Shown: positions 10,601 through 19,534 of the stretch, in pieces
Layout: every line of letters starts with the position of its first letter
Position numbering within the stretch: position 1 is the stretch's first letter
Assembly (NCBI GenBank): GCA_032718475.1
Contig: JAUCBJ010001708.1
Span: 1 to 45,197 of the forward strand
DNA: 45,197 bases
Direction: 5' to 3'
From: Nemertoderma westbladi
Taxonomy: Eukaryota > Animalia > Xenacoelomorpha
Made by a program: the position numbers and the translations under genes
Notes under the pieces: generated by a model
What the model saw: the letters and a program-made list of their open reading frames with translations, nothing else
What the model was told of the DNA's origin: nothing
The model's database searches: none

Positions 10601-13600
10601 CCGAATGCAGACTGGACACACTGATGAGGTTCTGATTAAGGACATGGGGGGCGGTTAGCGACTCGCCCTGGCGTCAGTAGATGATAGTGGCAATGGTGGT
10701 ATTGGTCTATTGATGAATCCAACTGCACATGCAGCATTGGACAAAATAGACCAAATATCTAACCGCATCATCCGTTGCCACTTCTCATGTTCTGGAAGAC
10801 TGGCTAAGAAGTTTCCTAAGGTGGTTCTGATTGTGTGCTACTCTCCAACTAGTGTTGCCCATGTAGAGGAGGTGGAAAATTTCTACCACAATCTTCAAGC
10901 AGCTACTGATGGAGTGGATCAGCATGCATTCTTAACATTCCTGGGAGACTTTAATGCAAGTCTACATCAATCACCTACATCGCCCTGGGTCTATAGCAAT
11001 AGTGTTAACCGAAATTCTGTCCATCTTCAGGATTTTATCTCTGGAAATGGATTGTTTTCGGCTGGAACCCAGTGCAAGAAGCGAACTGGAAAGCTATGGA
11101 CTCATAGTGGACCCAGTGGTCACAAGTCTCAGTATAATAATAATAATAATAATAATAATATTGGTTATTTATATAGCGCTTTATTATGCTCGGCATACTC
11201 AAAGCGCTTTTATTATCATAGACTATATTATGTTTCGTAGGAAATACAGGAGCTCTATACAAGACTGTAATGCAAAATGGACGCATACTTGCATGCATGC
11301 AAGGACACTGGCCTTGAAGATGCGGACGATCTAGCAAATGTGATGGGTGATAGGGAGTTGTGGCGGTGCAATTTTGTCGATAAGCCGGCACAGCATTCTT
11401 AAAAATGCAGCTGCAATGCAGCATGCCGATCCTAGTAGTGGTGAATTCGGTTAATGAAAATTTTTGTTATGGTATCTTTTTGCAAATCTTGAGGGCCGCA
11501 GACACCGACAAAGAGCCACACTATTATATAGCCCCAGATCACTGCTACAGGCTAGCCCAAGATACAAGGCAAACTGTCAAGGCGCACACGTCAAACACAT
11601 ACCTTCATCGACCATCAACAGCCGAACAGTAAAAGACGCGTTACATACAGTATAAACACATGAGCAGCCAACTACTGTAGTTCATGTGCTACACGTAGTT
11701 CATCAACCACTTTTGTTTGGAGTGGCTGTTTTTATTGCAGCATTCTTTGCTTGTTTTTTTTTTGCTACAGTTTCAAATCGCCATTATCAGACCGATGATT
11801 TGCAAGGTGGTGCTTTTTTTAAATCTTTTATTTCCATAAATACATTTTATGTTTACTGAGATATTATTAAAATAAAGACATATTTTTGATAAAGTTCAGT
11901 TAGCCTTTACGATATTTTTGCTGTAGCTTAGTAGATGATGATCCGGTTGTGACCGACAATTTCGATGGTGAATATCTCTGGTTTAATAGAAGTATCGATA
12001 TTTTAGTAACCTGGTTAGTCCACTACCCAAAAGTGAGATAAAGAGTGTAAAGGCATTCCTTCTTTTCGCAGTAATTTATATATTTAAGTAATTTATGGAG
12101 ACGAATTTTTCACAAAATGTGTATTTGTTGGTTTAGGCCTGGTTGGCTAGCGGAAGCGCCACTATTGATTCGACTATGGAGCAATCCTCGGAGTTCAACA
12201 AAAGATTTCTCAGTGAAAGTAAATGTTTCACTTTCGAGTGCTTATACAATCTCAAGTCTGAACAGTTGCTGCAGGTTTGTATTGCACGTGTGTTGAACAT
12301 TGGTGGTGCATCTGCTGTTATATGTTGTTTGTGTATGAGCTGTTGGATATTAATTGGTTGTTTAGCAGCTGTTGAACATTGGTGGTACATCTGCTGTTAT
12401 ATGTTGTTTGTGTATCAGCTGTTGGATATTAATTGGTTGTTTAGCAGCTGTTGAATATTGGGGGTGCATCTGCTGTTATATGTTGTTTGTGTATCAGCTG
12501 TTGGATATTAATTGGTTGTTTAGCAGCTGTTGAATATTGGTGGTGCATCTGCTGTTATATGTTGTTTGTGTATCAGCTGTTGGATATTAATTGGTTGTTT
12601 AGCAGCTATTGAACATTGGTGGTACATCTGCTGTTATATGTTGTTTGTGTATCAGCTGTTGGATATTAATTGGTTGTTTAGCAGCTGTTGAATATTGGTG
12701 GTACATCTGCTGTTATATGTTGTTTGTGTATCAGCTGTTGGATATTAATTGGTTGTTTAGCAGCTGTTGAACATTGGTGGTGCATCTGCTGTTATATGTT
12801 GTTTGTGTATCAGCTGTTGGATATTAATTGGTTGTTTAGCAGCTGTTGGATATTGATATGTCTTGTGGAATTGAATGTGTTAATGTGTTCTGGTATGAGC
12901 ACGATGTAAATACAGTAATGTATGTTTGTGTGCCCTTTAAATGTGAATTACTGGCTTTGGCGGATGTGTAGGCCCAAACTTCAGGTTCATGCATGAATTC
13001 GCGAGAAGAAGGCGTAAATATATAGATTTATTCCCATAATTTTACATTATGTTACATGGGTGATTGACTGCAGTGAGTAGAGCGTCAGACTTCAGTCTGG
13101 AGGTCATCTGTTCAACCCAAACTGGACGCCATTATCAGACAAATTATTCTCAAAGCGCTTACATTTTTAGTCGAGTCCGTGGGATATTGAGGATACATAC
13201 CTACCGGGACACCCTAGGGACCTCCCGACAGTTAATGAGAAGCGACCCACGGGTGTTATAGTTACCGGAGATAAACTACTCCCATTGACAACCGTCGACT
13301 CTCTGCGGAACACCGGTTCCTTTAATGACGTTCCTATTGTTATTAGTAAGTTGCCATGGCGATATCATTATACGCGTAGCGAGCACGGTTCACTGGTAAT
13401 TTTTTTTAATCTTTCTTTAAATTTTCCTGGCACCGTTCCAGGGCTAAGCGCACTGCGTTTGATCATAAATCGCAAGAAAAGTTGTGTAAATAAAAAATAG
13501 CAGTTTCTGCAGCTTTCTCATACAAGTGTCTTTCAGAATATTAAACTTTAGGAGTTAGAGAGGCTCCCGCTCTGCTTTGCAGGTAACAGCCAGCCAAGAG

Positions 13601-14848
13601 AGAAAGAGCCATCGGTGGTCTCATGTTCTTTTTTTCATGTTAACTTTATTTTTTTTAACTTTAATTCATTGGTAAATAATCTCAAATTAATTAAGTAAAT
13701 GAAATTTATTTCACTTTGAGAAACAGAATATAATAAAATAAAGTTGTAAATACAATATAGCAAAAAAGAACTGAAAATAAACTAACAAAAAACATATTCC
13801 ATATCGAACTAGCGAATGGTTTTTTATGATACTGATAATATTTGTACAGGTTCCGATCAATATAGTTTACCAATATTGCGCAACATTGTATCGAAGAAGA
13901 CGTGGATATCCGCAGATATTCTGCCTCATCTGATACTAAAACTCTCGGGCTTTGATTCCCACGTTCCCAATAGAATTTACAATAATTATAAAGAGATGTC
14001 GGAACCGTCGAAACAGCTACCCGAACTGGTAAGTTTGTAAGTTCGGAAGCTCGGTGATAGAAAGTATAAGTAAGTTTTGGTATATCACGCATATATTCGT
14101 ATTTATTAACTTAAAGGTAAACACGAGTATATATTCGAAGATATATTCCGAGATATATATTCGTATATCAGTGACCCCTACCTAACCACAATATAATTAC
14201 AACCCATCCCCTCCCCAAATGTTTGCACTTTTTAATCTTGTCAGATCGATATTTTGTAATTTTTGTGGTATTTCCCTCTACCCCAAAAGATTTTTGACGC
14301 AATCAAAGGTCATCGGCGCAAATATCATAAGAACGAACTAATTACAGTATTTAATTTTATTATTTTAGTTGCTGGCCTCTATTATCACGGACATCCGTTT
14401 AACTTGTCCGTTAAACGAACTCGGCTTGTTCTCGTCCGACAATCTCAATTCGCCCGTCTACCGACTCATAGTGAAACCCCTTCCGCCCGGGGAACCCACC
14501 GTGAGGGCGACGCCCGTGGGCGAGGGCGCCCCGGCGGTGCGCAGCTGGCTGGCCAGCGCGGTACTCGACCCAACCGTGTATATAAACGCGAGCGACGACT
14601 CGGGGGAACCCGAGAAGTTCGCCCAACTCGTATGCGATATGTTCCGAACGTTCCTCGTCTCAGGTACGATGGCGAACGGATGGGATGCGTTCCCCGCCAC
14701 TACCGCGCTCATGGGTTCCGATCTGCAGCTACTCAAAGGCGGCATGCTGTTCCACGAAGATCAATGCGACGAATGGAAGCGAGCGTTGACAGCGGCAATA
14801 AACTCGGGGAAAATCCAACCTGGTTGGGACTTCGGCTGGAGGAATTAG
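1492..14848 (+). CDS. Spliced type-B carboxylesterase/cholinesterase-like protein, probably non-catalytic; 5' exon(s) not identified
   Basis: Exons 1492-1666, 2295-2414, 2864-2992, 3684-3850, 12137-12274, 13171-13345, 13850-14028 and 14369-14848 join in frame over GT-AG introns (phases 1,1,1,0,0,1,0). Motifs: ATSFKEPCLQ, GSENCLFANVWTP, LPVLVWIHGG, VVVSYNYRLGTLGFL, GNYG, FGEGSGA, GLFHK|AWLASGS, DVPIVI, TDIRLTCP. Confidence 0.88.
1675..2160. repeat. Degenerate intronic minisatellite (TTCAGCTGTTAGTTACAG-like units)
   Basis: Recurrent TTTCAGCTG and GTTACAG motifs on both sides of the RTE fragment. Confidence 0.65.
1778..1933 (+). mobile_element. Internal fragment of the RTE element (RT C-terminal region), no 3' tail
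   Basis: Identical by eye to the reverse complement of about 19638-19793 (AGHCFRREDQPVHNLVLWQPHG...DADDLANV). Confidence 0.92.
2295..2414 (+). CDS. Carboxylesterase-like gene, exon B
   Basis: tttacAG acceptor, G|GTCTGT donor. Encodes SENCLFANVWTP...LPVLVWIHGGDLMTLSGNEPG. Confidence 0.9.
2864..2992 (+). CDS. Carboxylesterase-like gene, exon C
   Basis: ttcgcAG acceptor, G|GTTAGC donor. Encodes YSPT...VVVSYNYRLGTLGFLSL. Confidence 0.9.
3684..3850 (+). CDS. Carboxylesterase-like gene, exon D (nucleophile-elbow exon)
   Basis: ttgctAG acceptor, AAG|GTTTGT donor. Encodes GNYGVMD...WLRDNIKYFGGN...LFGEGSGA...GLFHK. Confidence 0.9.
4240..4285 (-). ncRNA. Type I minimal hammerhead ribozyme, copy 1
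   Basis: Minus strand AGCGCUA-CUGAUGA-GGCCU-GUU-AGGCC-GAAAC-GUGC-GUA-UAGCGCU. Complete catalytic core, 7-bp stem I, 5-bp stem II, very short stem III, GUA cleavage triplet. Confidence 0.92.
4583..4628 (-). ncRNA. Type I minimal hammerhead ribozyme, copy 2
   Basis: Identical sequence to copy 1, 343 nt away in the same orientation. Confidence 0.92.
5377..5727 (+). mobile_element. Degenerate L2-clade LINE fragment (ORF2 C-terminus)
   Basis: Manual translation LQLVQNSAARLLT*TKKRDHITSRLHWLPVKRRVEYKLALLTYKRLNGLALSYL...YGRRAFSVAAPT*WKSIP...SLDTFKS. This is the typical L2 C-terminal region, with two stops. Confidence 0.88.
6940..7335 (-). mobile_element. Decayed BEL/Pao LTR-retrotransposon aspartic protease region
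   Basis: Minus-strand pieces in the expected order: VYLKIVP (7306-7326), LLDEGASSTLI (7212-7244), VDVTISSVEGRGNFSI, PHMRDIDF. Contains stops and frameshifts. Confidence 0.65.
7726..7810. repeat. 45-bp tandem duplication
   Basis: TTGGCAACCGAGTGTTTAGCAGGGAATGTGAATAG occurs twice, 45 bp apart. Confidence 0.85.
8593..9867 (+). CDS. SLC18B1: Intronless MFS transporter, SLC18B1-like (vesicular amine/polyamine transporter family)
   Basis: 424-codon ORF from the first ATG (8593), with about 12 hydrophobic segments. MFS motif A GNLINRLGSR, FILRILEALG, GLAISPALGSILF..FGF, C-terminal GAVLGGVLIDYFGF. AATAAA at 10039. Subfamily assignment is by eye. Confidence 0.85.
   Translation: MGGFISRTVVLGGFISISLIIPGICFGILDTFFPVVVEKRNWSKTMVGCLLSMYSLVRLILFITCGNLINRLGSRIAFGVFGVLGALSLLSFGFVEDIPSHRGFISACFILRILEALGGNISYIYAFSLLTDLFPRHRTIVNGISGSMTVLGLAISPALGSILFTEFGFEAAFIVPGIFILAINIYCLIESPTNIYDISTSNEQSPNLFLFLNNCGVILIVILTIWAEATYLFLCVGISTYYTKFYSLSQIPIGFIFLGYCVIVMMTISIMSYVMQRLTSMESIYPSILGFGLVPIGMVLVGPAEALGFPPNISLALFGLSLHGIGAGLFVSCGLETQTRITLINFPDNVDTRALLQQILRISMAIGNIGGAVLGGVLIDYFGFQLAACILSVPGVPLLAVLIVHMSYNRLRGRFMYGEHSSRN
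10213..10590 (+). mobile_element. Non-LTR retrotransposon RT fragment (RTE-X-like), a different family from the 19.5-kb element
   Basis: NYRPIA...SKILE...QFGF...FLDAAKAFDRVN...VPLCIVRILEFWY.NQ...V.WG. Truncated before the QG and YADD motifs. Confidence 0.85.
10595..11132 (+). mobile_element. AP-endonuclease (EEP) domain fragment of an RTE retrotransposon
   Basis: EHR...GGIGLLM...ISNRII...VCYSPT...ENFY..LQ...LGDFNA...LWTH..PSG. One in-frame stop upstream of the listed ORF. Confidence 0.88.
11134..11230 (-). mobile_element. L2-type LINE/SINE 3' tail with (TAT)n terminus
   Basis: Minus strand AAAGCGCTTTGAG...AAAGCGCTATATAAAT...(TAT)n, which resembles L2-clade 3' stem-loop tails. The (AAT)9 tract is its end. 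Confidence 0.6.
11301..11439 (+). mobile_element. 3' end of the RTE family
   Basis: Near-identical to the reverse complement of about 19540-19678. Ends GCATGCCGATCC-TAGTAGT. Confidence 0.9.
12137..12274 (+). CDS. Carboxylesterase-like gene, exon E
   Basis: gtttAG acceptor, CAG|GTTTGT donor. AWLASGS...CFTFECLYNL continues GLFHK in phase 0. Confidence 0.85.
12292..12855. repeat. 79-bp intronic minisatellite, about 7 copies
   Basis: Units start at 12292, 12371, 12450, 12529, 12608, 12687 and 12766. Confidence 0.95.
13171..13345 (+). CDS. Carboxylesterase-like gene, exon F
   Basis: tttttAG acceptor, A|GTAAGT donor. Encodes SSPWDIED...DLPT...FNDVPIVI. Confidence 0.8.
13850..14028 (+). CDS. Carboxylesterase-like gene, exon G
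   Basis: tgtacAG acceptor, CTG|GTAAGT donor. Open frame, phase-compatible at both ends. Confidence 0.75.
14369..14848 (+). CDS. Carboxylesterase-like gene, terminal exon H
   Basis: attttAG acceptor. Encodes LLASIITDIRLTCPLNEL...PVYR...QCDEW; TAG stop at 14846-14848. Confidence 0.85.
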   Translation: MLASIITDIRLTCPLNELGLFSSDNLNSPVYRLIVKPLPPGEPTVRATPVGEGAPAVRSWLASAVLDPTVYINASDDSGEPEKFAQLVCDMFRTFLVSGTMANGWDAFPATTALMGSDLQLLKGGMLFHEDQCDEWKRALTAAINSGKIQPGWDFGWRN

Positions 14849-15857
14849 ACATAAGGAAGATATCGCTATTTCGCTGACAGCGCGCACGTATGTTGTTTAA
14901 ACACAACACCCGCAATCTGAACCGGACAGAATTACTGTGGCTCTTCCTTGTCGATTCCATCAATACCTCACTCCTCATAAAATTTGATTTACTTTTATGT
15001 GTAAACCACTTACCGCATTTGTTATTTAGAACTCAATATTCTCGCCACAAACTTCTCTTATAAACAACTCACAATGTATCCAATTAAAATAAGTGCTAGT
15101 TTACCAAGAGAATTGATTTTCTTTTTTTTTAATTTTTTTAATGATATTTTCTAAAAATAATGCTACAGTATTTGTTTTTACTTTTTACCTAGGGCCTCCG
15201 TGAAATTCATTATTCAAGTGTCCACCTTTTGCTTTGTGAAAAAATAATGTAAATTATTATTTTCATTCGAAAATTTAATTATTATTTAACTTTAGCAGTA
15301 CAGTGTGGCGTTATGTAAATTTTATTTCATACGCGGTTAACATTTTGCGACGGTCACTTTGTTTAATATTATTAAAAAATAATTGTAGATTGTCATGTAC
15401 TTGTTGCAAGTACAGTGGAGTATCCAGTATCAATGTCCACATACAGTACAAACAAACATGTTGGTGTAATAAATAGGACAAGGAAAAAGCAAACGCTAAT
15501 AAGGGCTACCGGTACAACATGTGCTGTTTTGTTAATCTCTGTAAGACGATATAGAGTTATGCATTGTGGTTGAAGCAGTTGTGCTCACTTTCTTACACCT
15601 AAACTACTCTTCACATTCATTTAGTTCCCCAACATCAACATGTTGGTAATAAATTTATTTACTACATGTAACATTTTTGGGACCATTGATACATTTTGCG
15701 ATGACTTTCTCGTAAAATAATATTTCAATTTTGGAATAAAATTTTGAACTCCGAGTAGAATGTATAAGACATGAATAAATAATAATACTTTACACACCAT
15801 AATGCAAATAATATTCTTTTTAGTGATCGTTATTCTTACAAAGTAAGATACAACAAC

Positions 15858-16032
15858 GGTGGCTGAAAGCGGCCAAAATAATTCACCATTTTATCAATTT
15901 TTATTTTGATCAACATTTTTTTCTTCAATTTCAACTTCAAGTTCAACTTCAAGTATCAATTTCAAGAAAAAAAATGTTGATCAAATTAAAAATTTAAAAA
16001 TAGTGAATTCATATTGGCCGCTTTCAGCCACC
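15858..16032. mobile_element. Fold-back MITE-like element
   Basis: Perfect 19-bp terminal inverted repeat GGTGGCTGAAAGCGGCCAA, continuing imperfectly inward (TTTGATCAACATTTTTTT). Confidence 0.7.
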
Positions 16033-17429
16033 ATAATACAGTATACAATTATGAATTGGTGCATTTATCGCTTACAAGTGAGGTGCAATATTAATTTGTA
16101 TAGGCCTACTAATATTGTGAAATTTATAATTAAAGATTATGTGTCAGTGTCACAATAAATTTATTAATTATCGGAATAATTTAGAGCAACAGGAAACGTT
16201 ATCGGATTTCTTATCGTCTCGGAATTCAGGATATGGAAAATGGGCCGAAAAATGTGGCCCTACCTTCTACGAAAGTTCAAGGTGGTTCCATATTATTTCA
16301 TGTGCCTTGGTCTAATTGACAATTACTGTTGTACTACATTCAGAGAAAGGAGGCAAAAATCAATATACAGTAGCCCGTCAAATCCACCAAACGCCCCAAA
16401 TCCGCCAAATACGTACCCCAAATTCATCGAATGCCCCAAAGTCCGCGAAACACCCCAAAGAAGCTATAGCTAGGTAGCTGTTTCTCTGGGTAGCTAGTTA
16501 GCTGTTTAGCTGGGTAGTTAGGTTGCTGGGTAGCTCTTTCTCTGGGTAGTTAGGTAGCTGGGTAGCTCTTTCTCTGGGTAGTTAGGTAGCTAGTTAGCTG
16601 TTTAGCTGGGTAGTTAGGTAGCTGGGTAGCTCTTTCTCTGGTTAGCTGGGTAGTTAGGTAGCTGGGTAGCTCTTTCTCTGGGTAGTTAGGTAGCTGGGTA
16701 GCTCTTTCTCTGGGTAGTTAGGTAGCTAGGTAGCTGTTTCTCTGGGTAGCTAGTTAGCTGTTTAGCTGGGTAGTTAGGTAGCTGGGTAGCTCTTTCTCTG
16801 GTTAGCTGGGTAGTTAGGTAGCTGGGTAGCTCTTCCTCTGGGTAGTTAGGTAGCTGGGTAGCTCTTTCTCTGGGTAGTTAGGTAGCTAGGTAGCTGTTTC
16901 TCTGGGTAGCTAGTTAGCTGTTTAGCTGGGTAGTTAGGTAGCTGGGTAGCTCTTTCTCTGGTTAGCTGGGTAGTTAGGTAGCTGGGTAGCTCTTTCTCTG
17001 GGTAGTTAGATAGTTGGGTAGCTCTTTCTCTGGGTAGTTAGGTAGCTAGGTAGCTGTTTCTCTGGGTAGGTAGTTAGCTGTTTAGCTGGGTAGTTAGGTA
17101 GATGGGTAGCTCTTTATCTGGGTACCTGGGTAGTTGTAGCTTTTTCTCTGGATAGCTAGGTGGTTAGTTAGGTAGCTTTGTAGCTGTTTCTCTGGGTAGC
17201 TGTGTAGTTATAAGTACCTGGGTAGCTGTTTCTCTCGTTAGATGGGTAGTTATAGGTATCTGGGTAGCTCTTTCTCTGGGTAGTTAGGTAGCTAGGTAGC
17301 TGTTTCTCTGGGTAGCTAGTTAGCTGTTTAGCTGGGTAGTTAGGTAGCTCTTTCTCTGGTTAGCTGGGTAGTTAGGTAGCTGGGTAGCTCTTTCTCTGGG
17401 TGGCTGTCCTCGCAGACTGTATGTACTGT

Positions 17430-17910
17430 ACCTTTCTTCGCAGACTGTATGGTAGTGGCGCTTTTTAAAGCGACACCGTTCATCCAGCAGAGATTCGGTG
17501 GATCGGTTGTTGTGGACATAGGACGGGGCGTCAGCGTGAATGACCGCGATGTCAAACGACGCCACCCTCTGTGGTGTCCCTATTCCCCTCGCCACCAAGT
17601 CCGCCCGAACTCCCCCAACTTCGATCCCGGCGCTGTCTAGGTGGCCACGTGATAGGGTTACCTCCCGCTCTACACCCAATGGACCAATGGCAGATGAAAG
17701 AAGTTCACCAAACACTTCTCGAACCTCATCATGTCGTTTCACGATGAGCCCGCCTGACTTACAGCTCAGAGCGTGGGTTGTAGAAAACTCTCCTCCACAA
17801 CCCTCACACCTTGCGGGAAGCCCCCGGGGGGGGGGGGGGGGGGGCAGGCCGTAACGTAGCGCGAGATTGTCCCGGAATTCCTCAGCGCTGAGGTCTGTGT
17901 GATCAAAAAT
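17430..17910 (-). mobile_element. CRE-clade non-LTR retrotransposon fragment (zinc knuckle + restriction-like endonuclease), copy 1
   Basis: DLSAEEFRDNLALRYGLPP|GLPARCEGCG..F...HALSCKSGG...RHDEVRE...RADL..RG...Q.VASFDIAV..ADAPSY...KKRHY...C. The frame is disturbed at a poly-G run. Confidence 0.82.
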
Positions 17911-19534
17911 GTGTTTATAAGTGTTTCTCTGGGTAGTTAGATAGCTGGGTAGCTCTTTCTCTGGGTAGTTAGGTAGCTGGGTAGCTGTTTCTCTGGGTAG
18001 GTAGTTAGCTGTTTAGCTGGGTAGTTAGGTAGATGGGTAGCTCTTTATCTGGGTACCTGGGTAGTTGTAGGTGCCTGGATAGCTTTTTCTCTGGATAGCT
18101 AGGTGGTTAGTTATGTAGCTTTGTAGCTGTTTCTCTGGGTAGCTGTGTAGTTATAAGTACCTGGGTAGCTGTTTCTCTCGTTAGATGGGTAGTTATAGGT
18201 AGCTAGGTAGCTGTTTATCTGGGTAGCTAGTTAGCTGTTTAGCTGGGTAGTTAGGTAGCTGGGTAGCTCTTTCTCTGGGTAGCTGGGTAGTTAGGTAGCT
18301 GGGTAGCTCTTTCTCTGGTTAGCTGGGTAGTTAGGTAGCTGGGTAGCTCTTCCTCTGGGTAGTTAGGTAGCTGGGTAGCTCTTTCTCTGGGTAGTTAGGT
18401 AGCTAGGTAGCTGTTTATCTGGGTAGCTAGTTAGCTGTTTAGCTGGGTAGTTAGGTAGCTGGGTAGCTCTTTCTCTGGGTAGCTGGGTAGTTAGGTAGCT
18501 GGGTAGCTCTTTCTTTGGGTAGCTGGGTAGCTCTTTCTCGGGTAGCTGGGTAGTTAGGAAGCTGGGTAGCTCTTTTTCTGGGTAGCTAGTTAGCTGTTTA
18601 GTTGGGTAGCTCGTTTCTGTGTAGTTTGGTGGTCAGGTAGCTGGGTAGCTGTTTCTCTGGGTAGCTAGTTAGCTGTTTACCTGGGTAGTTAGGTAGCTGG
18701 GTAGTTAGGTAGCTGGGTAGCTGTTTCTCTGGATAGCTGGGTAGTTAGGTAGCTGGGTAGTTAGGTAGCTGGGTAACTGTTTTTCTTGGTAGCTAGTTAG
18801 CTGTTTAGCTGGGTAGCTCGTTTCTGTGTAGCTGGGTGGTCCTGGAGAGGTAGCTGGGTAGCTCTTTCTTTGGGTAGTTAGGTAGCAGGGTAGCTGTTTC
18901 TCGGGATAGCTGGGTAGTTAGGTAGTTAGGTAGCTGTTTCTCTGGGTAGCTAGTTAGCTGTTTAGCTGGGTAGTTAAATAGCTGGGTAGCTCTTTCTCTG
19001 GGTAGCTGGGTAGTTAGGTAGTAGCTGGGTAGTTAGGTAGCTGGCTAGCTGTTTCTCTGGGTACCTAGTTAGGTGTTTAACTGGATAGTTAGGAAGCTGG
19101 GTAGCTCTTTCTCTGTGTAACTGGGTAGTTAGGTAGCTGGGTAGCTCTTTCTCTGGGTAGCTGAGTTCTTCAGTAGCTGGGTAGCTCTTTCTCTGTGTAG
19201 CTGGGTAGTTAGGTAGCTGGGTAGCTCTTTCTCGGGTATTTCGGTAGCTGGGTAGCTGTTTCTCTGGGTAGCTAGTTAGCTGTTTAGCGGGGTAGCTAGT
19301 TAGCTGTTTAGCTGGGTAGCTAGTTAGCTGTTTAGCTGGGTAGTTAGGTAGCTGGGTAGATCTTTCTCTGGGTAGCTGGGTAGCTCTTTCTCTGGGTAGC
19401 TGGGTAGTTAGGTAGCTGGGTAGCGCTTTCTCTGGGTAGTTAGGTAGCTGGGTAGCTCTTTCTCTGGGTAGCTGGGTAGTTAGGTAGGTGGGTAGCTGTT
19501 TCTCTGGATAGCTGGGTAGTTAGGTAGATGGGTA

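Noticed and set aside
10620-10645. CTGATGAGG hammerhead-like start
   Set aside because: No stem II or GAAA follows. It lies in RTE endonuclease coding sequence.
12275-12909. Cys/Trp-rich hydrophobic ORFs (12143-12454 tail, 12688-12909, 12133-12390)
   Set aside because: These are translations of the 79-bp minisatellite. The real exon ends at the 12274 donor.
13552-13615. Possible extra small exon of the esterase gene
   Set aside because: Exon F joins exon G in phase without it, and the candidate translations show no family resemblance.
14263-14877. 204-aa Arg-rich ORF
   Set aside because: It is an alternate frame of the GC-rich terminal esterase exon.
16467-17400. Repetitive protein (LPNYPATQRKSY...) encoded by the satellite minus strand
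   Set aside because: Frames are broken by stops at short intervals. The listed ORFs are only read-through from the CRE fragment.
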